Assembly (NCBI GenBank): GCA_038045705.1
Contig: JBBSXO010000003.1
Span: forward strand, 128,001-192,000
Length of the DNA stretch: 64,000 bases
Source of the DNA: Nanobdellota archaeon
Lineage (GTDB): Archaea; Nanobdellota; Nanobdellia; Pacearchaeales; GW2011-AR1
Direction of reading: 5' to 3'
The position numbers and the translations under genes are program-made. This document shows positions 48,252 through 58,180 of this stretch, in pieces (positions within the stretch are counted from its first letter, which is position 1; each line of letters begins with the position of its first letter). The notes under the pieces are model-generated. The model was not told the DNA's origin. It saw only the letters and a list, made by a program, of their open reading frames with translations, and searched no databases.

Positions 48252-49523
48252 CTATCCAGTCAACAAGTCATTAAACTCACCACTAATATTCTCAAGCATC
48301 TTCTCACGAACTAATCCCTTCCAATTCTTATGCCCTAAAACCCAACCTAATTTTACAAATGCTGTTTCAGACAGCATATCTTCCAAATAGATTATACCCA
48401 AAGCCTCAAGTTCTCTTCCAGGAGAATAAACCTTAGGATTCAAACGACCAAAGATAGTTTGAGAAGTAAAACAAATAGTAACTCCTTGTTTAATCAATCT
48501 CTTTAAAGTAGAAATCCAAGAATTCTCACCATCTGTAGCAACATGACCAAAACCAGTCGCAACTATAACAAGTCCTTTATAACCCTGTACTAAATAATAA
48601 TCTAAAATAGAAGGGTCTTGACCAGGATAATAATAAATCAAACCAACTTTATCGCTAAAGTCAGCATCTAATTTTGTCAAACCATTATCTCGAGCATTAT
48701 AATTAGATAAAAACTCTATTTTTGAAGGAAAAACTTTAGCAATTGGTTCACAATTAATGGGTTTAAAAGCGTCTCTTCTTGAACTATGCATCTTTCTAAC
48801 TTTAGTTCCATGTAAAGCATAACAATAGTCATCATTTTCACTAGCATGACCAACAATCATAACTTCGGCACAATCAGAAAGAGCCATTTGTACAGAACAT
48901 TCCAAATTCAGTTCAGCATCAGAAGAAGCTCTATCAATGCTTCTCTGTGAAAAAGTCAAAACAACAGGTTTTTTCAAATCACGTAAAAAGAAACTCAAAG
49001 CAGAAGATGTATAATGCAAAGTATCAGTTCCATGAGTTACGACAACACCTTTGATTTCAGGATCATTTAACATTTCTTTAACATGCTCTGCAATAGTTAT
49101 CCAATGTTCAAAAGTCATATTTTCAGAAGCAGTCATAAAAGGAACTGAAATCTTCTTTATATTAGCAATTTCAAAAACTTTAGGGTAAAATTTAGCAAAC
49201 TCATTAACATCAGTCAACCATGAAACTCCACCAGTTCTAGAATCAAGCTTAGCTGCAATAGTTCCGCCAGTTATAACAAGACCTATTGAATGTTTATTAT
49301 TTGATTTAACAAGAGAACTTTTAGTTTTAATAACATTTCCTTTAAACTCTTCAGTTATATGAAGGTCAAGAATATTTTCTTTAGGGATTCCTATATTATA
49401 ACCAGATTTCAACTTAAGTAAAACAACATTCTTATCATAACTTTCTAAAATAATGCCTTCAATTTCTTCACGAGCAAGCCTAATCTTAACTTTATCACCA
49501 GAACTAAAATTTAATTCAACCAT
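48252..49523 (-). CDS. gatD: Glu-tRNA(Gln) amidotransferase subunit D
   Basis: KLKSGYNIG, TGGTIA, HGTDT, SQRSIDR, RKMHSSRRDAF, VYSPGR. Confidence 0.95.
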   Translation of the reverse strand: MVELNFSSGDKVKIRLAREEIEGIILESYDKNVVLLKLKSGYNIGIPKENILDLHITEEFKGNVIKTKSSLVKSNNKHSIGLVITGGTIAAKLDSRTGGVSWLTDVNEFAKFYPKVFEIANIKKISVPFMTASENMTFEHWITIAEHVKEMLNDPEIKGVVVTHGTDTLHYTSSALSFFLRDLKKPVVLTFSQRSIDRASSDAELNLECSVQMALSDCAEVMIVGHASENDDYCYALHGTKVRKMHSSRRDAFKPINCEPIAKVFPSKIEFLSNYNARDNGLTKLDADFSDKVGLIYYYPGQDPSILDYYLVQGYKGLVIVATGFGHVATDGENSWISTLKRLIKQGVTICFTSQTIFGRLNPKVYSPGRELEALGIIYLEDMLSETAFVKLGWVLGHKNWKGLVREKMLENISGEFNDLLTG

Positions 49524-49594
49524 AATTATCAGCGCAAAATTAGATATAAAAATCTTCGGATAACACTTAAATAACCTCAATTCTAAAATAAAAT

Positions 49595-50449
49595 ATGGGT
49601 AGAATCTCAACTGGATGGAAAATAGTCAAACAAAGCTTCCAAGTCATTAAACACGATAAAGAAATATTAATTTATCCTATCCTAGCGGGAATAAGTATCC
49701 TTTTAGTTATAGGAATATTAGGAATTCTAAGCATCTTAGGAATAGTAGGAGCATCAATCATCAGCCCAGATTTAAGTTATATCTCTCTTTTCTTTTTCTT
49801 TGGAGCAATCTTAGTTGTTTCTTATTTTATTTCTACATTTTTCCAAGCAGCAATAGTTACTTCAGCAACTATAAGATTCTCTGGAAAAAATCCAACACTA
49901 GCAGATGGTTTAAGAGCTCCTTCAAAAAGAATCCTATCTTTATTAGCATGGGGTGCAATTAGTGCATTAGTCGGCACAATACTGTCTGCCATAAAAAGAT
50001 CCTCATCTAATCGTTCACAAGGAATAACAATAGCTTCCGAGATAGGCACTAGTTTATTAGGTACGGCATGGAAGCTCATTACATTCTTTGTAATTCCTAT
50101 AATTTTATTTGAGAAACAAGGTCCAATTCAGAGCATTAAAAGATCTAGTACACTCTTCAAAAAAACATGGGGTGAAAACGTAACAGCCCAATTTAGTATA
50201 GCAGCTATATTGTTCCTAATTATTCTACCATTTATTTTATTAATAATTTTAGCAATACTTAGCGGAAGTCAAGCATTTATAATTACTAGTATAATTCTAT
50301 TAACAATATCAATTATAATAGTCAATATTTTATCAATAAGTGTAAATGGAATATTAAGAGCAGCATTATACCATTATGCAATAAGTGGAAAGATGCCCCA
50401 TATATATGATAATAATACTGTCAAGCAAATGTTTACAAAAAATAGTTAA
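49595..50449 (+). CDS. Polytopic membrane protein (DUF6159-like)
   Basis: Several TM helices; SIKRS..LFKKTWGE and RAALYHYA motifs. Confidence 0.75.
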   Translation: MGRISTGWKIVKQSFQVIKHDKEILIYPILAGISILLVIGILGILSILGIVGASIISPDLSYISLFFFFGAILVVSYFISTFFQAAIVTSATIRFSGKNPTLADGLRAPSKRILSLLAWGAISALVGTILSAIKRSSSNRSQGITIASEIGTSLLGTAWKLITFFVIPIILFEKQGPIQSIKRSSTLFKKTWGENVTAQFSIAAILFLIILPFILLIILAILSGSQAFIITSIILLTISIIIVNILSISVNGILRAALYHYAISGKMPHIYDNNTVKQMFTKNS

Positions 50450-51888
50450 TAAGATTTAGCCACATAAACAACGTGCTTGGCAACTTTATCACAAACAATA
50501 CATTTGCCTTCTGATTTTTCTTCAACTAAATTAGTTCCCCTAACTTCAGCACCAGTTTTCTCCTTAACTATTTCAGCACATTTCTTACCATCCATTTCTG
50601 TAGAACAAAATCCACAACGTACAATATTCCCAGCATCAATGGATTTCTTCATTGAATCAAGAGTCCTAGAGTTTACAATTCTATTATGAAATATTTTATC
50701 AGCTTCTTTAATTAAATTAGCAGTAAATTCATCTTTAATCAATTTAACATGTCTAATCAAATCTGTCTCAGCAATATTTTCTTTTTTATTCAAGTCTCTT
50801 CTAAACAAACTTAATTTTTTAGATTCAATTTCCTTTTCTCCAAGATCTATTCTTATAGGTACTCCCTTAAGCTCCCACAAATTAAATTTCTCTCCAGGGC
50901 TTTTCTCGCTAGAATCAATCATAACATCGCAAAATTCGATTAACTTTTTTTCCAATTCTCTTGCCTTAGAAATAAGATTATCAGTATTTCCAATAGGAAC
51001 TATGACTACATGATATGGTGCTATTTCCCAAGGGAATCTCAAGCCTTTATCATCTCCATGAACTATAACAATACTTGCAAAAATTCTGGATATTGCGGGA
51101 CCATAACAAGTAGTGTACACGTATTTATCAATTCCATCTTTATCCTTATACTTAATATCGAAAGCTTTAGCAAAATCATGTTTAATTAAATGAGTTGAAG
51201 GCTGCTGAACAACTTTTCCATCAGGGTTTAATACATCAGCGGCAAAAGTCTTAGATGCACCTGGAAAAACATCCCACGCAGGCCTCTCAAATATTATAAA
51301 AGGCAATCCAAATTTATCATGTAACACTTCTTTAGTAATTTCCATATCTTCATGTACCTGTTTGAAAGCATCATCTTGAGTAGGAAAAGCACAATGCGTT
51401 TCTATCCAGTGAAATTCCCTACTTCTCAAAAATGGTCTTGTAGCTTTTGTCTCGTATCTAAATACTTGAGCTCTCTGATATGCTTTGAAAGGTAAATCTT
51501 TGTAGGATCTTATCCATAAAGCAAACATTTGATAAAATGCAGTTTCAGATGTAGGTCTCAAAGCAAGTTTTTCCTCAAGTTCTTTTTCTCCTCCATGAGT
51601 AACCCAAAATACCTCGGGAGTAAATCCTTGAATGTGGCTTGCCTCTTTTTTGAAGTTGCCTTCAGGTATTAAAGTAGGAAACCAATAAGGCTTATGCCCT
51701 CTTCTTTGCAAAGCTTTTTCCATAAAATGATACATTTTTTCCATTACAAGAACACTTGAAGGTTGAAATACTAGAAACCCTTTAACATTAAACCTCATAT
51801 CTGCTAATTCAGCTTTTTGCACTACTTCTGTAAACCATTCACTAAAATTCTCGTTTTTTTTAACAGTTAAACCCTTTGAGTCAGCCAT
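50446..51888 (-). CDS. proS: Prolyl-tRNA synthetase (archaeal type)
   Basis: FSEWFTEVV, ALRPTSET, FRYETKATRPFLR.REF.W.E.H, C-terminal Zn domain ending AKSY. Confidence 0.96.
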   Translation of the reverse strand: MADSKGLTVKKNENFSEWFTEVVQKAELADMRFNVKGFLVFQPSSVLVMEKMYHFMEKALQRRGHKPYWFPTLIPEGNFKKEASHIQGFTPEVFWVTHGGEKELEEKLALRPTSETAFYQMFALWIRSYKDLPFKAYQRAQVFRYETKATRPFLRSREFHWIETHCAFPTQDDAFKQVHEDMEITKEVLHDKFGLPFIIFERPAWDVFPGASKTFAADVLNPDGKVVQQPSTHLIKHDFAKAFDIKYKDKDGIDKYVYTTCYGPAISRIFASIVIVHGDDKGLRFPWEIAPYHVVIVPIGNTDNLISKARELEKKLIEFCDVMIDSSEKSPGEKFNLWELKGVPIRIDLGEKEIESKKLSLFRRDLNKKENIAETDLIRHVKLIKDEFTANLIKEADKIFHNRIVNSRTLDSMKKSIDAGNIVRCGFCSTEMDGKKCAEIVKEKTGAEVRGTNLVEEKSEGKCIVCDKVAKHVVYVAKSY

Positions 51889-51938
51889 ACTCAAAAAAGA
51901 AGAGTAACACTTATTAAAGCTTATCTCCAAATAAAAAT

Positions 51939-54443
51939 ATGGATAAAAAAGTAGTTAGATTACAAGATTTTGTCATTCCACTAAACTATGAAATCTCCAT
52001 CGAGCCATCTAAAAATATGGATTCTTACAAAGGTTCAGTCAAAATAAAAGTACAAATAAATAAACCAACAAAAAATATAACTCTCCATTCAAAAAATTCT
52101 GAAATTAGAACAGTAACAATATGTGTAGAAAATCAATGCATTCTATCAAAATTAAAAGAAAATAAAGAATCTGAAACAATTAATCTAGAAGTTAAAAAAG
52201 AAATATCTGGATATATAGAAATTCATATAGAATTTATAGGAAAAATAACAGAAGATTTAGCAGGAATATACAAAAGTACATACCAGTACAATGGAAAAAA
52301 AGAACATTTGATAACAACTCAATGTGAAGCTCCTTATGCAAGAAGAATATTTCCTTGTTTCGATGAACCAAATAAAAAAGCAACTTTTGATATAACTGCA
52401 ATAATAGAAAAAAATCTAAATTCAATAAGTAACATGCAAGTTGAATCAGAAAAAGTAGAGAATGGCAAAAAAATAGTCAAATTCAAAAAAACTCCTAAGA
52501 TGTCAACTTATCTTTTCTATTTAGGAGTTGGAGACTTTGAATTTGCAGAAGAAAATTACAAAAATGTAAAAATAAGAGTTGTGACAACTCCAGGAAAAAT
52601 AAAAAATGCATCTTTTGCACTAAAACAAACAAAAAAATATCTTAAATATTTTGAAGATTATTCAGAAATACCCTATCCATTAGAAAAATTAGATCTTATT
52701 GCAATACCAGACTTTACAGTTAGCGGTATGGAAAATTGGGGCGCAATAACATTCAGAGATTTAGTTTTATTAGTGGATGAAGAAAAAACTTCAACAGCTA
52801 GAAAAAAAATATCTGCAGAAGTCATCTCTCACGAATTATGGCATCAATGGTCTGGGGATTTAGTAACAATGAAATGGTGGAACGACTTATGGTTAAATGA
52901 AAGCTTTGCTAATTATATGGCATTTAAAGCAGTAGATCATTATAACTCAGAATGGAATGTATGGAATGACTATTTGTCAGGAGATTTAGCAGTGGGTTTA
53001 TCAAAAGACACATTGAAAACAACTCACCCAATAGAAGTTGAAATAAAAAGTCCTGAAGAAATAGGAGAAATATTTGATGAAATAAGTTATCAAAAAGGCG
53101 GGAGTGTCTTAAGAATGCTTGAAAATTATATAGGAGAAGAAAATTTCAGAAAAGGAGTGTCAAACTATCTAAAAAAATATTCATATGATAATGCTACTGC
53201 TAGTGATTTATGGGATTCATTAGATAAAGTGTCAAAAGAGAAAAAAGTAAAAGAGATTATGAAATCCTGGATTTCACAGGAAGGTTATCCATTAGTATCA
53301 TTAGAAAAAGTAAAATCGGGTATAAAGATATCTCAAAAAAGATGTAACAAATCAACAAATCAACTCTGGCCAATACCAATCTCAATATACACAAAAGAAA
53401 GAATATACAATGAATTATTGGATGGAAAAGAAAAATTAATTTCAATTAAAGATAGTCAATTAAAAGTAAATCACAAACATTTTGGATTTTATAGAACAAA
53501 ATATTCAATTGAACTCTTAGACAGCTTAGGAAAATTAGTAAAAAATAAAGAATTAAACAAAGAGGACAGATGGGGGCTCAATAACGATATGTGGGCTTTA
53601 TGCAATATAGGCGAAGAAGTTTTAGAGAATTATCTAAAATTCTTAAATAATTATGAAAATGAAGAGACATATATTACATTAGCAGAAATATATGGAAGTC
53701 TGAGAAAATTAGAAAGATTATTTTATGATGAAAGTTGGTGGCCTAAATCAAAAGAAAGAATAGTCAAAAATATTATACCCAATTATAAAAATAAATTAGC
53801 TAAATTAGGATGGGAGAATAAAAATGAAGACACCACAGAGGACAGACTTATGAGAGGATTATGTATAAACTTCTGTGGTTTCATTGAAGACAAAAACACA
53901 TTGAGTAAAATAGAAGAGTTATATCAAAAAGGAGACTTTTCTATGGATATAGCAAATTCAGTTTATACAATGATTGCAAGAAAAGGAAATATAGAAACTT
54001 TCAAAGATGTTATTAAAAAATACGAAAATGCTTTAGATCCAGAAAATAAGATAAAACTATTATCAAGCATATACTACTTTTTGGATTCAGAAATTTTAGA
54101 GAAAGCACTTGACTTCTCAATGACTGAGAAAGTAAAATCACAAGATTTACTTTATGTATTTGGACATGTTGCAGTAAACCCAATATCAAAAAAAATGATA
54201 TTAAATTGGTATAATAAAAACTGGGATAAAATAAAAAAATATGAAGATAATCATTATATCATGAGGTCAATTATAGAAGCTCTAATTTTACCACAAACAA
54301 CACAATCAGGAAAGAATGAAGCTAAAGAATTTCTTGATAAACATAAAGTAGGTTTTGAGATGACAAAAGACAATGCATTTGAAATATTAGATCAAAACCT
54401 AAAGTTCATAGAAAAAAACAAAGAATTTCTGAAGAACTACTAA
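51939..54443 (+). CDS. M1 family aminopeptidase with ERAP1-like C-terminal domain
   Basis: ARRIFPCFDEP, GMENWG, HELWHQW..18..E (WLNESFA), YQKG. Confidence 0.95.
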   Translation: MDKKVVRLQDFVIPLNYEISIEPSKNMDSYKGSVKIKVQINKPTKNITLHSKNSEIRTVTICVENQCILSKLKENKESETINLEVKKEISGYIEIHIEFIGKITEDLAGIYKSTYQYNGKKEHLITTQCEAPYARRIFPCFDEPNKKATFDITAIIEKNLNSISNMQVESEKVENGKKIVKFKKTPKMSTYLFYLGVGDFEFAEENYKNVKIRVVTTPGKIKNASFALKQTKKYLKYFEDYSEIPYPLEKLDLIAIPDFTVSGMENWGAITFRDLVLLVDEEKTSTARKKISAEVISHELWHQWSGDLVTMKWWNDLWLNESFANYMAFKAVDHYNSEWNVWNDYLSGDLAVGLSKDTLKTTHPIEVEIKSPEEIGEIFDEISYQKGGSVLRMLENYIGEENFRKGVSNYLKKYSYDNATASDLWDSLDKVSKEKKVKEIMKSWISQEGYPLVSLEKVKSGIKISQKRCNKSTNQLWPIPISIYTKERIYNELLDGKEKLISIKDSQLKVNHKHFGFYRTKYSIELLDSLGKLVKNKELNKEDRWGLNNDMWALCNIGEEVLENYLKFLNNYENEETYITLAEIYGSLRKLERLFYDESWWPKSKERIVKNIIPNYKNKLAKLGWENKNEDTTEDRLMRGLCINFCGFIEDKNTLSKIEELYQKGDFSMDIANSVYTMIARKGNIETFKDVIKKYENALDPENKIKLLSSIYYFLDSEILEKALDFSMTEKVKSQDLLYVFGHVAVNPISKKMILNWYNKNWDKIKKYEDNHYIMRSIIEALILPQTTQSGKNEAKEFLDKHKVGFEMTKDNAFEILDQNLKFIEKNKEFLKNY

Positions 54444-54535
54444 GAACTACTAGATTCAGTTATTTTTGCACAAATCTCCTTAATCTATTAGAGTGATCAA
54501 GAAACCTAACGCTTAATAAAAGATTTAAATATAAA

Positions 54536-54549
54536 TAAGATTAATCTTA
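54536..54549. promoter_or_regulatory. Palindromic operator between TATA box and antitoxin start
   Basis: Perfect 14-bp palindrome TAAGATTAATCTTA. Confidence 0.6.
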
Positions 54550-54552
54550 CTT

Positions 54553-54792
54553 ATGGAAATAGCAACAACTAGATTAAGCTCGAGGGGGCAAATAGTTATC
54601 CCTATTGAAATGAGAAAAGATCTAAAGGAAGGAGATAAATTAATTATAATTAAAAATGGAGAAGATTTAATCATAAAGAAATCAATTCCAGAAATTCTTT
54701 TAGCATCTCACAAGTCGCTGGCAAAGACTTGGTTGACAGAAGAAGAGGACAAAGCAGGAAAGACCTCTAAAAGGAGACATTATTGTTATTAA
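54553..54792 (+). CDS. AbrB/MazE-type antitoxin, C-terminus apparently frameshifted
   Basis: TRLSSRGQIVIP; ...WLTEEEDKA then departs from the expected WKDL* end. Confidence 0.8.
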   Translation: MEIATTRLSSRGQIVIPIEMRKDLKEGDKLIIIKNGEDLIIKKSIPEILLASHKSLAKTWLTEEEDKAGKTSKRRHYCY

Positions 54793-54880
54793 TTTTCCTT
54801 ATTCTGATTTGACTACATATAAAAGAAGACCAGCATTTGTTGTTAAAGTCCCATCTAGAGAAGATATTCTGGCTTGCCAA
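54756..54880 (+). pseudogene. PemK/MazF toxin remnant (start codon lost, truncated)
   Basis: Frame reads ERPLKGDIIVINFPYSDLTTYKRRPAFVVKVPSREDILACQ, the typical PemK N-terminus, then runs into the tRNA 3' end. Confidence 0.8.
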
Positions 54881-54888
54881 TATCTAAA

Positions 54889-54961
54889 TGGCCCTACGAG
54901 GAATTGAACCTCGATCACAGGATCCGAAGTCCCGTATTCTAATCCATTAAACTATAGGGCC
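54889..54961 (-). tRNA. tRNA-Arg(TCG)
   Basis: GGCCCTA...CGGGA-CTTCGGA-TCCTG...GGTTCAATTCC-TCGTAGGGCC-A cloverleaf. Confidence 0.95.
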
Positions 54962-54993
54962 ATAAGAATAAGCAAAAATAGGTATTTTAAATG

Positions 54994-56361
54994 TCACTTT
55001 TTAATCATTTTCTCAAGAAGTTTACGTACGACATTAGAGTCAGCCCTTCTATTAGTAACTCGCATAACTTCCCCAATTAAATAGTTGAAGGACTTAATAT
55101 CTCCATTTACATAGTCAACAACAACTTTGTTATTTTCAGCGATAATCTTCTTAATAATTGGTTCAAGTTCTCTCTCATTACTTATCTTCCCTTCAACATT
55201 CGTAGGATCAAAACTCTTAGGAACAAATTTATTCAAAATTTGCTTTGCTTGTAATTCGGTTATTTTTTTATCTTTGACTAGGTTAAGAAGTTTAATAAAA
55301 TGTTCAACTGAAATATCTATCTCAGAAAGTTTTTTATTATTATAATTCAAAACTCTAAGTAGCTCAACAGTAACCCAAGGAAAAGCAAATTTACCATCTA
55401 TTTTTTCAGCTACATTTTCAAAGAAAGTAGCTATATCTATGTCCTTAGCAAGGACACCAGCATTCTTACTGTCTATTTTATATTTCTTAATTAATTTATC
55501 AAGTTTAACAGAAGGCAATTCAGGAACAAGTTTTCTTTGTTCATCAATGAATTTCTTTGAGAATGCAACAGACTTCAAATCAGGATCAACTATGAACCTA
55601 TAGTCATCTGCCATTTCTTTACTACGCATTCTCATAGTAATCCCTTTTAATTCATCATATCTTCTAGTCTCTCTAACACTTCCTTCTTTCATCTGTCTCT
55701 CAAATTCAAAAAGTATAGCAGACTTCATTGCTTCAATAGAGGTAATATTTTTTATTTCAACACGTTCTGTCATCTGTTTACCATCCTCATCTACAACAGA
55801 GACATTGACATCAGCCTTAATTCCTGCATTAGTATCTACAGCCTTCAAGTAATTCAAAGCATGAACTAATTTATTGACCCAATGATAAACTTCATCTGCC
55901 GACTTAAAATCAGGAGCAGTAACAATCTCAACTAGAGGTAATCCACTCCTATTATAATCAACTTCTCCAGATTTAGGATCCCATGCAGCAGGATCTTCCT
56001 CAAGATGCATGCTTTCAATATTTATTCCCTCAAATTTTCCATTAACTCCAAGAGGCACTGCATGGGCACCACTCATAGTATTTTGATAACCTTTAGGTAA
56101 ATCTGGCCAATCATAATGTTTACGCATCCATGGCATATTTTGATTTACCTTACACTCAAGCATTAAAGCGATTTGAACAGCTTTTTCAACAGCAACAGAG
56201 TTGGGAGCCATTGGTTTAGCGCCAGGCATCCCACAACATACAGGACAGATATAAATATTAGGTTTTATATCTCTTTCACGAGAAGCTTTGCATCTACAAA
56301 ATAACTTTTCATTAGTTAAAAGATAAGTATGTATTTCAAGGCCACATTTTAGTTTACTCAT
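54994..56361 (-). CDS. gatB: Amidotransferase subunit B
   Basis: GLEIH, CPVCCGMPG, PDLPKGYQ, HLEED, DYNRSGLPLVEIVT.PD, DYRF..DPDL. Confidence 0.95.
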   Translation of the reverse strand: MSKLKCGLEIHTYLLTNEKLFCRCKASRERDIKPNIYICPVCCGMPGAKPMAPNSVAVEKAVQIALMLECKVNQNMPWMRKHYDWPDLPKGYQNTMSGAHAVPLGVNGKFEGINIESMHLEEDPAAWDPKSGEVDYNRSGLPLVEIVTAPDFKSADEVYHWVNKLVHALNYLKAVDTNAGIKADVNVSVVDEDGKQMTERVEIKNITSIEAMKSAILFEFERQMKEGSVRETRRYDELKGITMRMRSKEMADDYRFIVDPDLKSVAFSKKFIDEQRKLVPELPSVKLDKLIKKYKIDSKNAGVLAKDIDIATFFENVAEKIDGKFAFPWVTVELLRVLNYNNKKLSEIDISVEHFIKLLNLVKDKKITELQAKQILNKFVPKSFDPTNVEGKISNERELEPIIKKIIAENNKVVVDYVNGDIKSFNYLIGEVMRVTNRRADSNVVRKLLEKMIKK

Positions 56362-56391
56362 GAAACAAATAAAAATAAGAGATATATTAAC

Positions 56392-57081
56392 TTAATTACC
56401 ACCAAGTCTTCTTTTCCTTTTCGAAAATTCTTCAAAGGCCTCTTTAAGTTGCTTAGACTCAAAGTCAGGAAAATGCACATCTGCAAAATAAAATTCACTA
56501 TAAACGGACTGATAAGGCATAAAACCGCTTAATCTTTTTTCTCCAGATGTACGAATAATTAAATCGGGATCAGGAATTCCAGAAGAATCTAAATAATTCT
56601 TAAAATCATCTTCGCTAATTTCAGATCTTCCAGATTTTAAAATTTTATTAATTGCCCTAACAATTTCATCTCTCCCACCATAATCCATACAAATCAAAAC
56701 AGTAAATTCATTAAACTTAGCAGTTTCACTCTCGAGCAGATTTAAACCATCAATAATTTTTGCAGGAAGCCTATCTTTTCGTCCAAGATGTTTAACTCTA
56801 ACTTTATTTTTTAAAGCACCTTCAAGCAATTTATATATATTTTCTAAAAAATGATCAAATAAAAAGTTTATTTCCATTTTAGGTCTTTTCCAATTTTCAG
56901 TTGAAAAGACCCAGAGACTCATATATTTGCTCCCAAGTTTCTTAGCTTCCAATAGTAAATTTTCTAAGTGATTATAATCTACCTTAGAATATCCATCAAC
57001 TTTCTTCAACCCTTTTGAAACAGCCCACCTACGATTTCCATCTGGAATAATTGCAACGTGAATTGGTATTCTTTTATCCAT
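56392..57081 (-). CDS. uppS: cis-prenyltransferase (undecaprenyl diphosphate synthase family)
   Basis: IIPDGNRRWA, FSTENWKRP, YGGRDEI, DLIIRTSGEKRLSGF. Confidence 0.95.
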   Translation of the reverse strand: MDKRIPIHVAIIPDGNRRWAVSKGLKKVDGYSKVDYNHLENLLLEAKKLGSKYMSLWVFSTENWKRPKMEINFLFDHFLENIYKLLEGALKNKVRVKHLGRKDRLPAKIIDGLNLLESETAKFNEFTVLICMDYGGRDEIVRAINKILKSGRSEISEDDFKNYLDSSGIPDPDLIIRTSGEKRLSGFMPYQSVYSEFYFADVHFPDFESKQLKEAFEEFSKRKRRLGGN

Positions 57082-57105
57082 TTAAATAAGTCAAAATGTT
57101 AGTTT

Positions 57106-58146
57106 TTAAATTCTATTTTCAAGCTCCTGTTTAAACTTATCAATGTCTTCTGTATTAATTCTAGCCCCCACCGCATCTCTATGTCCTCCACCGGTAGCTT
57201 TTTCTAACAAAGGCAATATTTCAGCAAGAATATTTTTTACATTATTGCCTCTTAAAGAAATGTTGGTTATTGGTCCAGAGCTATAAGCAACACATATATA
57301 TTGCTTAGGAAATAAATAAGAAAGTTCATTAGATAAATCAGAACTTATACTTAGTTGACCACTATAATTATAAAACAATAATTTTTCAGTAACATACTTC
57401 TTAGAATCATCAAGTAAAGATAAGTATTTCTTAGATATTTCTTTATACTTTAGTGCAAAAGCACCATTATTCTCGAGTTCTTGTCCGATGTCATAAGGAC
57501 CCTTACAATTAATCAAGAAGTTCTGTAATTGGACAACATGGCTTATTGAATCCTTCAAACCGAAACTCAACGCACGAGCCAAACGCCCTATTCCAGTAGA
57601 ATAAAGAGCTTGGAAAGGTTCTTTTATATCCTTTCCCCATAAGATACTATAATTATTTGCAAAATCATCAACAAAGTCAGGAAGATAATGGTCTGCAATG
57701 CAACCTATCAAAACAAGCCAGATATCCTCTGGACGTTTAGTAGCACTATAACATAAATAAGTTGTCGGTTCAGAACTTTTCTTTTTATTTTTAGTTGGGT
57801 TGAATCTATATAGCATATTATAAGAATGTTTTTCATTAGAAACATCATGATGGTCTATCCAAACAATTGGTAACTGCAACATAGATATTTCATTTACAAA
57901 ATTGTCTCCAAGAGAATGTCTATCTAGAACAAAAACATAATCTCCATTAAGTTCTTGAACGCGTTTTGCATAATTAACATCTACATTTGGATGAGATTTC
58001 ACAGCAACACCCTTACCACGACCAATAAATCTTCTCAAAAGAACATAACTAGAAAGCCCATCAACATCATTATCATAAAGAAATATAGGATTTTGAGCCT
58101 TTTCAAGATGCTCGCGCATTTCAGATAATTGTTTCTTTGTTAACAT
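57106..58146 (-). CDS. DHH/DHHA1 family phosphoesterase (RecJ/NrnA-like)
   Basis: DNDVDG, VLD, WIDHH, ISLRG, GGGHRDAVG. Confidence 0.88.
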   Translation of the reverse strand: MLTKKQLSEMREHLEKAQNPIFLYDNDVDGLSSYVLLRRFIGRGKGVAVKSHPNVDVNYAKRVQELNGDYVFVLDRHSLGDNFVNEISMLQLPIVWIDHHDVSNEKHSYNMLYRFNPTKNKKKSSEPTTYLCYSATKRPEDIWLVLIGCIADHYLPDFVDDFANNYSILWGKDIKEPFQALYSTGIGRLARALSFGLKDSISHVVQLQNFLINCKGPYDIGQELENNGAFALKYKEISKKYLSLLDDSKKYVTEKLLFYNYSGQLSISSDLSNELSYLFPKQYICVAYSSGPITNISLRGNNVKNILAEILPLLEKATGGGHRDAVGARINTEDIDKFKQELENRI

Positions 58147-58180
58147 ATTAATTTAGATAAAACAAGCTTTTTAACCCTTA

